A stretch of DNA of 64,000 bases from Nemertoderma westbladi (taxonomy: Eukaryota > Animalia > Xenacoelomorpha): the NCBI GenBank assembly GCA_032718475.1, contig JAUCBJ010002852.1, positions 5,342-69,341 on the forward strand, read 5' to 3'. How positions within the stretch are numbered: the first letter of the stretch is position 1; each line of letters opens with the position of its first letter. Shown in pieces: positions 15,001 to 29,595 of this stretch. A program made the position numbers and the translations under genes. The notes under the pieces are model-generated. The model saw only the letters and a program-made list of their open reading frames with translations, was not told the origin of the DNA and searched no databases.

Positions 15001-18000
15001 ACTCAAGTGTCGGATGTTACACGGAATACCAGTGAGAGTGTAACTCAAGTGTCGGATGTTACACGGAATACCAGTGAGAGTGTAACTCAAGTGTCGGATG
15101 TTACACGGAATACCAGTGAGAGTGTAACTCAAGTGTCGGATGTTACAAGGAATACCGGTGAGAGTGTAACTCACGTGTCGGATGTTACACGGAATACCAG
15201 TGAGAGTGTAACTCAAGTGTCGGTTGTTACACGGAATACCAATGAGAGTGTAACTCAAGTGTCGGTTGTTACACGGAATACCGGTGAGAGTGTAACTCAA
15301 GTGTCGGTTGTTACACGGAATACCAATGAGAGTGTAACTCAAGTGTCGGTTGTTACACGGAATACCAATGAGAGTGTAACTCAAGTGTCGGTTGTTACAC
15401 GGAATACCAGTGAGAGTGTAACTCAAGTGTCGGATGTTACAAGGAATACCGGTGAGAGTGTAACTCAAGTGTCGGATGTTACAAGGAATACCGGTGAGAG
15501 TGTAACTCAAGTGTCGGTTGTTACACGGAATACCAGTGAGAGTGTAACTCAAGTGTCGGTTGTTACACGGAATACCAGTGAGAGTGTAACTCAAGTGTCG
15601 GATGTTACACGGAATACCGGTGAGAGTGTAACTCACGTGTCGGATGTTACACGGAATACCAGTGAGAGTGTAACTCAAGTGTCGGATGTTACACGGAATA
15701 CCAGTGAGAGTGTAACTCAAGTGTCGGATGTTACACGGAATACCAGTGAGAGTGTAACTCAAGTGTCGGATGTTACACGGAATACCGGTGAGAGTGTAAC
15801 TCACGTGTCGGATGTTACACGGAATACCAGTGAGAGTGTAACTCAAGTGTCGGATGTTACACGGAATACCAGTGAGAGTGTAACTCAAGTGTCGGATGTT
15901 ACACGGAATACCAGTGAGAGTGTAACTCAAGTGTCGGATGTTACACGGAATACCAGTGAGAGTGTAACTCAAGTGTCGGATGTTACACGGAATACCGGTG
16001 AGAGTGTAACACAAGTGTCGGATGTTACACGGAATACCAGTGAGAGTGTAACTCAAGTGTCGGATGTTACACGGAATACCAGTGAGAGTGTAACTCAAGT
16101 GTTGGATGTTACACGGAATACCAGTGAGAGTGTAACTCAAGTGTCGGGTGTTACACGGAATACCAGTGAGAGTGTAACTCAAGTGTCGGATGTTACACGG
16201 AATACCAGTGAGAGTGTAACTCAAGTGTCGGATGTTACACGGAATACCAGTGAGAGTGTAACTCAAGTGTCGGATGTTACACGGAATACCAGTGAGAGTG
16301 TAACTCAAGTGTCGGATGTTACACGGAATACCAATGAGAGTGTAACTCAAGTGTCGGATGTTACACGGAATACCGGTGAGAGTGTAACTCAAGTGTCGGA
16401 TGTTACACGGAATACCAGTGAGAGTGTAACTCAAGTGTCGGATGTTACACGGAATACCAGTGAGAGTGTAACTCAAGTATCGGATGTTACACGGAATACC
16501 AGTGAGAGTGTAACTCAAGTGTCGGATGTTACACGGAATACCAGTGAGAGTGTAACTCAAGTGTCGGATGTTACACGGAATACCAGTGAGAGTGTAACTC
16601 ACGTGTCGGATGTTACACGGAATACCGGTGAGAGTGTAACTCAAGTGTCGGATGTTACACGGAATACCAGTGAGAGTGTAACTCAAGTGTCGGATGTTAC
16701 ACGGAATACCAGTGAGAGTGTAACTCAAGTGTTGGATGTTACACGGAATACCAGTGAGAGTGTAACTCAAGAGTCGGTTGTTACACGGAATACCAGTGGG
16801 ATTGTAACTCAAGTGTCGGTTGTTACACGGAATACCAGTGGGATTGTAACTCAAGTGTCGGATGTTACACGCAATACCAGTGAGAGTGTAACTCAAGTGT
16901 CGGATGTTACACGGAATACCAGTGAGAGTGTAACTCAAGTGTCGGATGTTACACGGAATACCAGTGAGAGTGTAACTCAAGTATCGGATGTTACACGGAA
17001 TACCAGTCAGAGTGTAACTCAAGTGTCGGATGTTACACGGAATACCAGTGAGAGTGTAACTCAAGTGTCGGATGTTACACGGAATACCAGTGAGAGTGTA
17101 ACTCAAGTGTCGGATGTTACACGCAATACCAGTGAGAGTGTAACTCAAGTGTCGGATGTTACACGGAATACCAGTGAGAGTGTAACTCAAGTGTCGGATG
17201 TTACACGGAATACCAGTGAGAGTGTAACTCAAGTGTCGGATGTTACACGGAATACCAGTGAGAGTGTAACTCAAGTGTCGGATGTTACACGCAATACCAG
17301 TGAGAGTGTAACTCAAGTGTCGGATGTTACACGCAATACCAGTGAGAGTGTAACTCAAGTATCGGATGTTACACGGAATACCAGTGAGAGTGTAACTCAA
17401 GTGTCGGATGTTACACGGAATACCAGTGAGAGTGTAACTCAAGTGTCGGATGTTACACGCAATACCAGTGAGAGTGTAACTCAAGTGTCGGATGTTACAC
17501 GGAATACCAGTGAGAGTGTAACTCAAGTGTCGGATGTTACACGGAATACCAGTGAGAGTGTAACTCAAGTGTCGGTGTTACACGGAATACCAGTGAGAGT
17601 GTAACTCAAGTGTCGGATGTTATACGGAATACCAGTGAGAGTGTAACTCAAGTGTCGGTTGTTACACGGAATACCAGTGAGAGTGTAACTCAAGTGTCGG
17701 ATGTTACACGGAATACCAATGAGAGTGTAACTCAAGTATCGGATGTTACACGGAATACCAGTGAGAGTGTAACTCAAGTGTCGGGTGTTACACGGAATAC
17801 CAGTGGGATTGTAACTCAAGTGTCGGATGTTACACGGAATACCAGTGAGAGTGTAACTCAAGTGTCGGATGTTACACGGAATACCAGTGAGAGTGTAACT
17901 CAAGTGTCGAATGTTACACGGAATACCAATGAGAGTGTAACTCAAGTATCGGATGTTACACGGAATACCAATGAGAGTGTAACTCAAGTATCGGATGTTA

Positions 18001-21000
18001 CACGGAATACCAGTGAGAGTGTAACTCAAGTGTCGGATGTTACACGGAATACCAATGAGAGTGTAACTCAAGTGTCGGATGTTACACGGAATACCAATGA
18101 GAGTGTAACTCAAGTATCGGATGTTACACGGAATACCAGTCAGAGTGTAACTCAAGTGTCGGATGTTACACGGAATACCAGTGGGATTGTAACTCAAGTG
18201 TCGGATGTTACACGGAATACCAGTGAGAGTGTAACTCAAGTGTCGGATGTTACACGGAATACCAGTGAGAGTGTAACTCAAGTGTCGGTTGTTACACGGA
18301 ATACCAGTGAGAGTGTAACTCAAGTGTCGGATGTTACACGGAATACCAATGAGAGTGTAACTCAAGTATCGGATGTTACACGGAATACCAATGAGAGTGT
18401 AACTCAAGTATCGGATGTTACACGGAATACCAGTGAGAGTGTAACTCAAGTGTCGGTTGTTACACGGAATACCAGTGAGAGTGTAACTCAAGTGTCGGAT
18501 GTTACACGGAATACCAATGAGAGTGTAACTCAAGTATCGGATGTTACACGGAATACCAGTGAGAGTGTAACTCAAGTGTCGGATGTTACACGGAATACCA
18601 GTGGGATTGTAACTCAAGTGTCGGATGTTACACGGAATACCAGTGAGAGTGTAACTCAAGTGTCGGATGTTACACGGAATACCAGTGAGAGTGTAACTCA
18701 AGTGTCGGATGTTACACGGAATACCAATGAGAGTGTAACTCAAGTGTCGGATGTTACACGGAATACCAATGAGAGTGTAACTCAAGTATCGGATGTTACA
18801 CGGAATACCAATGAGAGTGTAACTCAAGTATCGGATGTTACACGGAATACCAGTGAGAGTGTAACTCAAGTGTCGGATGTTACACGGAATACCAATGAGA
18901 GTGTAACTCAAGTGTCGGATGTTACACGGAATACCAATGAGAGTGTAACTCAAGTATCGGATGTTACACGGAATACCAGTCAGAGTGTAACTCAAGTGTC
19001 GGATGTTACACGGAATACCAGTGAGAGTGTAACTCAAGTGTCGGTTGTTACACGGAATACCAGTGAGAGTGTAACTCAAGTGTCGGATGTTACACGGAAT
19101 ACCAATGAGAGTGTAACTCAAGTGTCGGATGTTACACGGAATACCAATGAGAGTGTAACTCAAGTGTCGGATGTTACACGGAATACCAATGAGAGTGTAA
19201 CTCAAGTATCGGATGTTACACGGAATACCAGTGAGAGTGTAACTCAAGTGTCGGATGTTACACGGAATACCAATGAGAGTGTAACTCAAGTGTCGGATGT
19301 TACACGGAATACCAATGAGAGTGTAACTCAAGTATCGGATGTTACACGGAATACCAGTCAGAGTGTAACTCAAGTGTCGGATGTTACACGGAATACCAGT
19401 GAGAGTGTAACTCAAGTGTCGGTTGTTACACGGAATACCAGTGAGAGTGTAACTCAAGTGTCGGATGTTACACGGAATACCAATGAGAGTGTAACTCAAG
19501 TATCGGATGTTACACGGAATACCAATGAGAGTGTAACTCAAGTATCGGATGTTACACGGAATACCAATGAGAGTGTAACTCAAGTATCGGATGTTACACG
19601 GAATACCAGTCAGAGTGTAACTCAAGTGTCGGATGTTACACGGAATACCAGTGAGAGTGTAACTCAAGTGTCGGTTGTTACACGGAATACCAGTGAGAGT
19701 GTAACTCAAGTGTCGGATGTTACACGGAATACCAATGAGAGTGTAACTCAAGTATCGGATGTTACACGGAATACCAATGAGAGTGTAACTCAAGTATCGG
19801 ATGTTACACGGAATACCAATGAGAGTGTAACTCAAGTATCGGATGTTACACGGAATACCAGTGAGAGTGTAACTCAAGTATCGGATGTTACACGGAATAC
19901 CAGTGAGAGTGTAACTCAAGTGTCGGATGTTACACGGAATACCAGTGAGAGTGTAACTCAAGTGTCGGATGTTACACGGAATACCAATGAGAGTGTAACT
20001 CAAGTGTCGGATGTTACACGGAATACCAATGAGAGTGTAACTCAAGTATCAGATGTTACACGGAATACCAATGAGAGTGTAACTCAAGTATCGGATGTTA
20101 CACGGAATACCAATGAGAGTGTAACTCAAGTATCGGATGTTACACGGAATACCAGTGAGAGTGTAACTCAAGTGTCGGATGTTACACGGAATACCAGTGA
20201 GAGTGTAACTCAAGTGTCGGATGTTACACGGAATACCAATGAGAGTGTAACTCAAGTGTCGGATGTTACACGGAATACCAATGAGAGTGTAACTCAAGTG
20301 TCGGATGTTACACGGAATACCAATGAGAGTGTAACTCAAGTATCGGATGTTACACGGAATACCAATGAGAGTGTAACTCAAGTATCGGATGTTACACGGA
20401 ATACCAATGAGAGTGTAACTCAAGTATCGGATGTTACACGGAATACCAGTGAGAGTGTAACTCAAGTGTCGGATGTTACACGGAATACCAGTCAGAGTGT
20501 AACTCAAGTGTCGGATGTTACACGGAATACCAGTGAGAGTGTAACTCAAGTGTCGGATGTTACACGGAATACCAATGAGAGTGTAACTCAAGTGTCGGAT
20601 GTTACACGGAATACCAATGAGAGTGTAACTCAAGTATCGGATGTTACACGGAATACCAGTCAGAGTGTAACTCAAGTGTCGGATGTTACACGGAATACCA
20701 GTGAGAGTGTAACTCAAGTGTCGGTTGTTACACGGAATACCAGTGAGAGTGTAACTCAAGTGTCGGATGTTACACGGAATACCAATGAGAGTGTAACTCA
20801 AGTATCGGATGTTACACGGAATACCAATGAGAGTGTAACTCAAGTATCGGATGTTACACGGAATACCAATGAGAGTGTAACTCAAGTATCGGATGTTACA
20901 CGGAATACCAGTGAGAGTGTAACTCAAGTATCGGATGTTACACGGAATACCAGTGAGAGTGTAACTCAAGTGTCGGTTGTTACACGGAATACCAGTGAGA

Positions 21001-24000
21001 GTGTAACTCAAGTGTCGGATGTTACACGGAATACCAATGAGAGTGTAACTCAAGTATCGGATGTTACACGGAATACCAGTGAGAGTGTAACTCAAGTGTC
21101 GGATGTTACACGGAATACCAGTGGGATTGTAACTCAAGTGTCGGATGTTACACGGAATACCAGTGAGAGTGTAACTCAAGTGTCGGATGTTACACGGAAT
21201 ACCGGTGAGAGTGTAACTCAAGTGTCGGATGTTACACGGAATACCAGTGAGAGTGTAACTCAAGTGTCGGATGTTACACGGAATACCAGTGAGAGTGTAA
21301 CTCAAGTGTCGGATGTTACACGGAATACCAGTGAGAGTGTAACTCAAGTGTCGGATGTTACACGGAATACCAGTGGGATTGTAACTCAAGTGTCGGATGT
21401 TACACGGAATACCAGTGAGAGTGTAACTCAAGTGTCGGATGTTACACGGAATACCGGTGAGAGTGTAACTCAAGTATCGGATGTTACACGGAATACCAAT
21501 GAGAGTGTAACTCAAGTATCGGATGTTACACGGAATACCAGTGAGAGTGTAACTCAAGTATCGGATGTTACACGGAATACCAGTGAGAGTGTAACTCAAG
21601 TGTCGGTTGTTACACGGAATACCAGTGAGAGTGTAACTCAAGTGTCGGATGTTACACGGAATACCGGTGAGAGTGTAACTCAAGTATCGGATGTTACACG
21701 GAATACCAGTGAGAGTGTAACTCAAGTGTCGGTTGTTACACGGAATACCAGTGAGAGTGTAACTCAAGTGTCGGTTGTTACACGGAATACCAGTGAGAGT
21801 GTAACTCAAGTGTCGGTTGTTACACGGAATACCAGTGAGAGTGTAACTCAAGTGTCGGATGTTACACGGAATACCAGTGAGAGTGTAACTCAAGTGTCGG
21901 ATGTTACACGGAATACCAGTGGGATTGTAACTCAAGTGTCGGATGTTACACGGAATACCAGTGAGAGTGTAACTCAAGTGTCGGATGTTACACGGAATAC
22001 CGGTGAGAGTGTAACTCAAGTATCGGATGTTACACGGAATACCAATGAGAGTGTAACTCAAGTATCGGATGTTACACGGAATACCAGTGAGAGTGTAACT
22101 CAAGTATCGGATGTTACACGGAATACCAGTGAGAGTGTAACTCAAGTGTCGGTTGTTACACGGAATACCAGTGAGAGTGTAACTCAAGTGTCGGATGTTA
22201 CACGGAATACCAATGAGAGTGTAACTCAAGTATCGGATGTTACACGGAATACCAGTGAGAGTGTAACTCAAGTGTCGGATGTTACACGGAATACCAGTGG
22301 GATTGTAACTCAAGTGTCGGATGTTACACGGAATACCAGTGAGAGTGTAACTCAAGTGTCGGATGTTACACGGAATACCGGTGAGAGTGTAACTCAAGTG
22401 TCGGATGTTACACGGAATACCAGTGAGAGTGTAACTCAAGTGTCGGATGTTACACGGAATACCAGTGAGAGTGTAACTCAAGTGTCGGATGTTACACGAA
22501 ATACCAGTGAGAGTGTAACTCAAGTGTCGGATGTTAAACGCAATACCAGTGAGAGTGTAACTCAAGTGTCGGATGTTACACGGAATACCAGTGAGAGTGT
22601 AACTCAAGTGTCGGATGTTACACGGAATACCAGTGAGAGTGTAACTCAAGTGTCGGATGTTACACGGAATACCAGTGAGAGTGTAACTCAAGTGTCGGAT
22701 GTTACACGGAATACCAGTGAGAGTGTAACTCAAGTATCGGATGTTACACGGAATACCAGTGAGAGTGTAACTCAAGTGTCGGATGTTACACGGAATACCA
22801 GTGAGAGTGTAACTCAAGTATCGGATGTTACACGGAATACCAGTGAGAGTGTAACTCAAGTGTCGGATGTTACACGGAATACCAGTGAGAGTGTAACTCA
22901 CGTGTCGGATGTTACACGGAATACCAGTGAGAGTGTAACTCAAGTGTTGGATGTTACACGGAATACCGGTGAGAGTGTAACTCAAGTGTCGGATGTTACA
23001 CGGAATACCAGTGAGAGTGTAACTCAAGTGTCGGATGTTACACGGAATACCAGTGAGAGTGTAACTCAAGTGTCGGATGTTACACGGAATACCAGTGAGA
23101 GTGTAACTCAAGTGTCGGATGTTACACGGAATACCGGTGAGAGTGTAACTCAAGTGTCGGATGTTACACGGAATACCGGTGAGAGTGTAACTCAAGTGTC
23201 GGATGTTACACGGAATACCAATGAGAGTGTAACTCAAGTGTCGGTTGTTACACTGAATACCAGTCAGAGTGTAACTCAAGTGTCGGATGTTACACGGAAT
23301 ACCAGTGAGAGTGTAACTCAAGTGTCGGATGTTACACGGAATACCAGTGAGAGTGTAACTCAAGTGTTGGATGTTACACGGAATACCAGTGGGATTGTAA
23401 CTCAAGTGTCGGATGTTACACGGAATACCGGTGAGAGTGTAACTCAAGTGTCGGATGTTACACGGAATACCAATGAGAGTGTAACTCAAGTGTCGGTTGT
23501 TACACTGAATACCAGTCAGAGTGTAACTCAAGTGTCGGATGTTACACGGAATACCAGTGAGAGTGTAACTCAAGTGTCGGATGTTACACGGAATACCAGT
23601 GAGAGTGTAACTCAAGTGTTGGATGTTACACGGAATACCAGTGGGATTGTAACTCAAGTGTCGGATGTTACACGGAATACCAGTGAGAGTGTAACTCAAG
23701 TGTCGGATGTTACACGGAATACCAGTGAGAGTGTAACTCAAGTGTCGGTTGTTACACGGAATACCAGTCAGAGTGTAACTCAAGTATCGGATGTTACACG
23801 GAATACCAGTGAGAGTGTAACTCAAGTGTCGGTTGTTACACGGAATACCAGTCAGAGTGTAACTCAAGTATCGGATGTTACACGGAATACCAGTGAGAGT
23901 GTAACTCAAGTGTCGGTTGTTACACGGAATACCAATGAGAGTGTAACTCAAGTATCGGATGTTACACGGAATACCAGTGAGAGTGTAACTCAAGTATCGG

Positions 24001-27000
24001 ATGTTACACGCAATACCAGTGGGATTGTAACTCAAGTGTCGGATGTTACACGGAATACCAGTGAGAGTGTAACTCAAGTATCGGATGTTACACGCAATAC
24101 CAGTGGGATTGTAACTCAAGTGTCGGATGTTACACGGAATACCAGTCAGAGTGTAACTCAAGTGTCGGATGTTACACGGAATACCAGTGAGAGTGTAACT
24201 CAAGTGTCGGTTGTTACACGGAATACCAGTGAGAGTGTAACTCAAGTGTCGGATGTTACACGGAATACCAATGAGAGTGTAACTCAAGTATCGGATGTTA
24301 CACGGAATACCAATGAGAGTGTAACTCAAGTATCGGATGTTACACGGAATACCAATGAGAGTGTAACTCAAGTATCGGATGTTACACGGAATACCAGTGA
24401 GAGTGTAACTCAAGTATCGGATGTTACACGGAATACCAGTGAGAGTGTAACTCAAGTGTCGGATGTTACACGGAATACCAGTGAGAGTGTAACTCAAGTG
24501 TCGGATGTTACACGGAATACCAATGAGAGTGTAACTCAAGTGTCGGATGTTACACGGAATACCAATGAGAGTGTAACTCAAGTATCAGATGTTACACGGA
24601 ATACCAATGAGAGTGTAACTCAAGTATCGGATGTTACACGGAATACCAATGAGAGTGTAACTCAAGTATCGGATGTTACACGGAATACCAGTGAGAGTGT
24701 AACTCAAGTGTCGGATGTTACACGGAATACCAGTGAGAGTGTAACTCAAGTGTCGGATGTTACACGGAATACCAATGAGAGTGTAACTCAAGTGTCGGAT
24801 GTTACACGGAATACCAATGAGAGTGTAACTCAAGTGTCGGATGTTACACGGAATACCAATGAGAGTGTAACTCAAGTATCGGATGTTACACGGAATACCA
24901 ATGAGAGTGTAACTCAAGTATCGGATGTTACACGGAATACCAATGAGAGTGTAACTCAAGTATCGGATGTTACACGGAATACCAGTGAGAGTGTAACTCA
25001 AGTGTCGGATGTTACACGGAATACCAGTCAGAGTGTAACTCAAGTGTCGGATGTTACACGGAATACCAGTGAGAGTGTAACTCAAGTGTCGGATGTTACA
25101 CGGAATACCAATGAGAGTGTAACTCAAGTGTCGGATGTTACACGGAATACCAATGAGAGTGTAACTCAAGTATCGGATGTTACACGGAATACCAGTCAGA
25201 GTGTAACTCAAGTGTCGGATGTTACACGGAATACCAGTGAGAGTGTAACTCAAGTGTCGGTTGTTACACGGAATACCAGTGAGAGTGTAACTCAAGTGTC
25301 GGATGTTACACGGAATACCAATGAGAGTGTAACTCAAGTATCGGATGTTACACGGAATACCAATGAGAGTGTAACTCAAGTATCGGATGTTACACGGAAT
25401 ACCAATGAGAGTGTAACTCAAGTATCGGATGTTACACGGAATACCAGTGAGAGTGTAACTCAAGTATCGGATGTTACACGGAATACCAGTGAGAGTGTAA
25501 CTCAAGTGTCGGTTGTTACACGGAATACCAGTGAGAGTGTAACTCAAGTGTCGGATGTTACACGGAATACCAATGAGAGTGTAACTCAAGTATCGGATGT
25601 TACACGGAATACCAGTGAGAGTGTAACTCAAGTGTCGGATGTTACACGGAATACCAGTGGGATTGTAACTCAAGTGTCGGATGTTACACGGAATACCAGT
25701 GAGAGTGTAACTCAAGTGTCGGATGTTACACGGAATACCGGTGAGAGTGTAACTCAAGTGTCGGATGTTACACGGAATACCAGTGAGAGTGTAACTCAAG
25801 TGTCGGATGTTACACGGAATACCAGTGAGAGTGTAACTCAAGTGTCGGATGTTACACGGAATACCAGTGAGAGTGTAACTCAAGTGTCGGATGTTACACG
25901 GAATACCAGTGGGATTGTAACTCAAGTGTCGGATGTTACACGGAATACCAGTGAGAGTGTAACTCAAGTGTCGGATGTTACACGGAATACCGGTGAGAGT
26001 GTAACTCAAGTATCGGATGTTACACGGAATACCAATGAGAGTGTAACTCAAGTATCGGATGTTACACGGAATACCAGTGAGAGTGTAACTCAAGTATCGG
26101 ATGTTACACGGAATACCAGTGAGAGTGTAACTCAAGTGTCGGTTGTTACACGGAATACCAGTGAGAGTGTAACTCAAGTGTCGGATGTTACACGGAATAC
26201 CGGTGAGAGTGTAACTCAAGTATCGGATGTTACACGGAATACCAGTGAGAGTGTAACTCAAGTGTCGGTTGTTACACGGAATACCAGTGAGAGTGTAACT
26301 CAAGTGTCGGTTGTTACACGGAATACCAGTGAGAGTGTAACTCAAGTGTCGGTTGTTACACGGAATACCAGTGAGAGTGTAACTCAAGTGTCGGATGTTA
26401 CACGGAATACCAGTGAGAGTGTAACTCAAGTGTCGGATGTTACACGGAATACCAGTGGGATTGTAACTCAAGTGTCGGATGTTACACGGAATACCAGTGA
26501 GAGTGTAACTCAAGTGTCGGATGTTACACGGAATACCGGTGAGAGTGTAACTCAAGTATCGGATGTTACACGGAATACCAATGAGAGTGTAACTCAAGTA
26601 TCGGATGTTACACGGAATACCAGTGAGAGTGTAACTCAAGTATCGGATGTTACACGGAATACCAGTGAGAGTGTAACTCAAGTGTCGGTTGTTACACGGA
26701 ATACCAGTGAGAGTGTAACTCAAGTGTCGGATGTTACACGGAATACCAATGAGAGTGTAACTCAAGTATCGGATGTTACACGGAATACCAGTGAGAGTGT
26801 AACTCAAGTGTCGGATGTTACACGGAATACCAGTGGGATTGTAACTCAAGTGTCGGATGTTACACGGAATACCAGTGAGAGTGTAACTCAAGTGTCGGAT
26901 GTTACACGGAATACCGGTGAGAGTGTAACTCAAGTGTCGGATGTTACACGGAATACCAGTGAGAGTGTAACTCAAGTGTCGGATGTTACACGGAATACCA

Positions 27001-28795
27001 GTGAGAGTGTAACTCAAGTGTCGGATGTTACACGAAATACCAGTGAGAGTGTAACTCAAGTGTCGGATGTTAAACGCAATACCAGTGAGAGTGTAACTCA
27101 AGTGTCGGATGTTACACGGAATACCAGTGAGAGTGTAACTCAAGTGTCGGATGTTACACGGAATACCAGTGAGAGTGTAACTCAAGTGTCGGATGTTACA
27201 CGGAATACCAGTGAGAGTGTAACTCAAGTGTCGGATGTTACACGGAATACCAGTGAGAGTGTAACTCAAGTATCGGATGTTACACGGAATACCAGTGAGA
27301 GTGTAACTCAAGTGTCGGATGTTACACGGAATACCAGTGAGAGTGTAACTCAAGTATCGGATGTTACACGGAATACCAGTGAGAGTGTAACTCAAGTGTC
27401 GGATGTTACACGGAATACCAGTGAGAGTGTAACTCACGTGTCGGATGTTACACGGAATACCAGTGAGAGTGTAACTCAAGTGTTGGATGTTACACGGAAT
27501 ACCGGTGAGAGTGTAACTCAAGTGTCGGATGTTACACGGAATACCAGTGAGAGTGTAACTCAAGTGTCGGATGTTACACGGAATACCAGTGAGAGTGTAA
27601 CTCAAGTGTCGGATGTTACACGGAATACCAGTGAGAGTGTAACTCAAGTGTCGGATGTTACACGGAATACCGGTGAGAGTGTAACTCAAGTGTCGGATGT
27701 TACACGGAATACCGGTGAGAGTGTAACTCAAGTGTCGGATGTTACACGGAATACCAATGAGAGTGTAACTCAAGTGTCGGTTGTTACACTGAATACCAGT
27801 CAGAGTGTAACTCAAGTGTCGGATGTTACACGGAATACCAGTGAGAGTGTAACTCAAGTGTCGGATGTTACACGGAATACCAGTGAGAGTGTAACTCAAG
27901 TGTTGGATGTTACACGGAATACCAGTGGGATTGTAACTCAAGTGTCGGATGTTACACGGAATACCGGTGAGAGTGTAACTCAAGTGTCGGATGTTACACG
28001 GAATACCAATGAGAGTGTAACTCAAGTGTCGGTTGTTACACTGAATACCAGTCAGAGTGTAACTCAAGTGTCGGATGTTACACGGAATACCAGTGAGAGT
28101 GTAACTCAAGTGTCGGATGTTACACGGAATACCAGTGAGAGTGTAACTCAAGTGTTGGATGTTACACGGAATACCAGTGGGATTGTAACTCAAGTGTCGG
28201 ATGTTACACGGAATACCAGTGAGAGTGTAACTCAAGTGTCGGATGTTACACGGAATACCAGTGAGAGTGTAACTCAAGTGTCGGTTGTTACACGGAATAC
28301 CAGTCAGAGTGTAACTCAAGTATCGGATGTTACACGGAATACCAGTGAGAGTGTAACTCAAGTGTCGGTTGTTACACGGAATACCAGTCAGAGTGTAACT
28401 CAAGTATCGGATGTTACACGGAATACCAGTGAGAGTGTAACTCAAGTGTCGGTTGTTACACGGAATACCAATGAGAGTGTAACTCAAGTATCGGATGTTA
28501 CACGGAATACCAGTGAGAGTGTAACTCAAGTATCGGATGTTACACGCAATACCAGTGGGATTGTAACTCAAGTGTCGGATGTTACACGGAATACCAGTGA
28601 GAGTGTAACTCAAGTATCGGATGTTACACGCAATACCAGTGGGATTGTAACTCAAGTGTCGGATGTTACACGGAATACCAGTGAGAGTGTAACTCAAGTG
28701 TCGGATGTTACACGGAATACCAGTGAGAGTGTAACTCAAGTGTCGGATGTTACACGGAATACCAGTCAGAGTGTAACTCAAGTGTCGAATGTTAC
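1..28795. repeat. 42-bp satellite array (~685 units in window, continues beyond left edge); consensus GTGTAACTCAAGTGTCGGATGTTACACGGAATACCAGTGAGA
   Basis: Direct head-to-tail periodicity of 42 bp with a small set of recurrent SNP variants. It explains the ORFs at 12-12725, 12739-17604, 17610-28805 (+) and the minus-strand SYTLTGIPCNIRHL ORFs. Confidence 0.99.
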
Positions 28796-28989
28796 TCTTC
28801 AATAGGGTCAGGTCGCAGTGTAAAAAAAAATGGGATTATTTATAACCCAATATTATACACTACTTGCACTCGAAATACAACTTCACCTTATACAAATAGC
28901 TTACTGATATATTCTAGGGCTGCAAAGAAAAGATTATGAGCCTAAAAAATAGGCTACAAATGAGAATAAATGTTAAAATTAATAATAAT

Positions 28990-29595
28990 CAATATTATTA
29001 CTTGGTAAACAAAAATTTTCACTATTCTCGAGGTATTTTATTTACCGAGCGCGATTAATAAACATTTTAGAGAATATTAATAAAAAGTTCTTCGTTTTTC
29101 CCCATGTAACGTAATTTTATTCTTAAATTAATTGGTACCGGTAGTTTTTCGTTGCTTAATACTTTTATAGAACGAAATAGTGTTACAAAAGTAATTGAAC
29201 TGCAGTATTTTACTATTTCGCTTCTATATGTAAAACGATTCCAATTATTGTACACTTCATCCCCTGATCGGTTCACAGATACACTTCGCGTTAATAGCGC
29301 TGTGCGAGCGCGGTAAGGGCGCTGACAAAGTGCGTTGAGCTGTGAATAGCACGTTCTCGAATATATATTACCTACGTAATTAGAGAACAGCTTAAATACA
29401 TAAACCAACACTATGGTGTACATCTTACAGACACTAAAAATTGCAACAACTTTTGAGTGTGTGATGGATTTTGCTCAAATTCGGGCAAACCGTTTTCAGT
29501 TTTGATGCTCTTTCAACACGTAAATATTTTTATGTACCAAAAATATTTATTTTGACTATATTCGCCGTGGGAAAAGTAAAATTAATGCAATTTAA
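28990..29595 (+). repeat. Dispersed AT-rich non-autonomous repeat (copy 1); second, inverted copy at ~38950-39315 + 44612-44790
   Basis: Collinear similarity seen by eye, e.g. ttttgagtgtgtgatggattttgctcaaat...atgctctttcaacac here versus gtgttgaaagagcatt...atttgagcaaaatccattaacacactcaaaa at ~39000-39070, and tttaccgagc versus gctcggtaaa at ~44731. Boundaries are approximate. Confidence 0.7.

Noticed and set aside
1-28795. CRISPR-like array (regular repeats with a palindromic core)
   Set aside because: Units are head-to-tail with no unique spacers, there are no cas genes, and the context is a spliceosomal-intron eukaryotic locus.
12664-28802. Minus-strand ORFs (SYTLTGIPCNIRHL)n
   Set aside because: Antisense reading of the 42-mer, interrupted by variant-created stops at ~20047 and ~24583, with no unique flanking coding sequence.
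29067-29423. 118-aa minus-strand ORF
   Set aside because: Lies within an AT-rich dispersed repeat and has no protein motifs.
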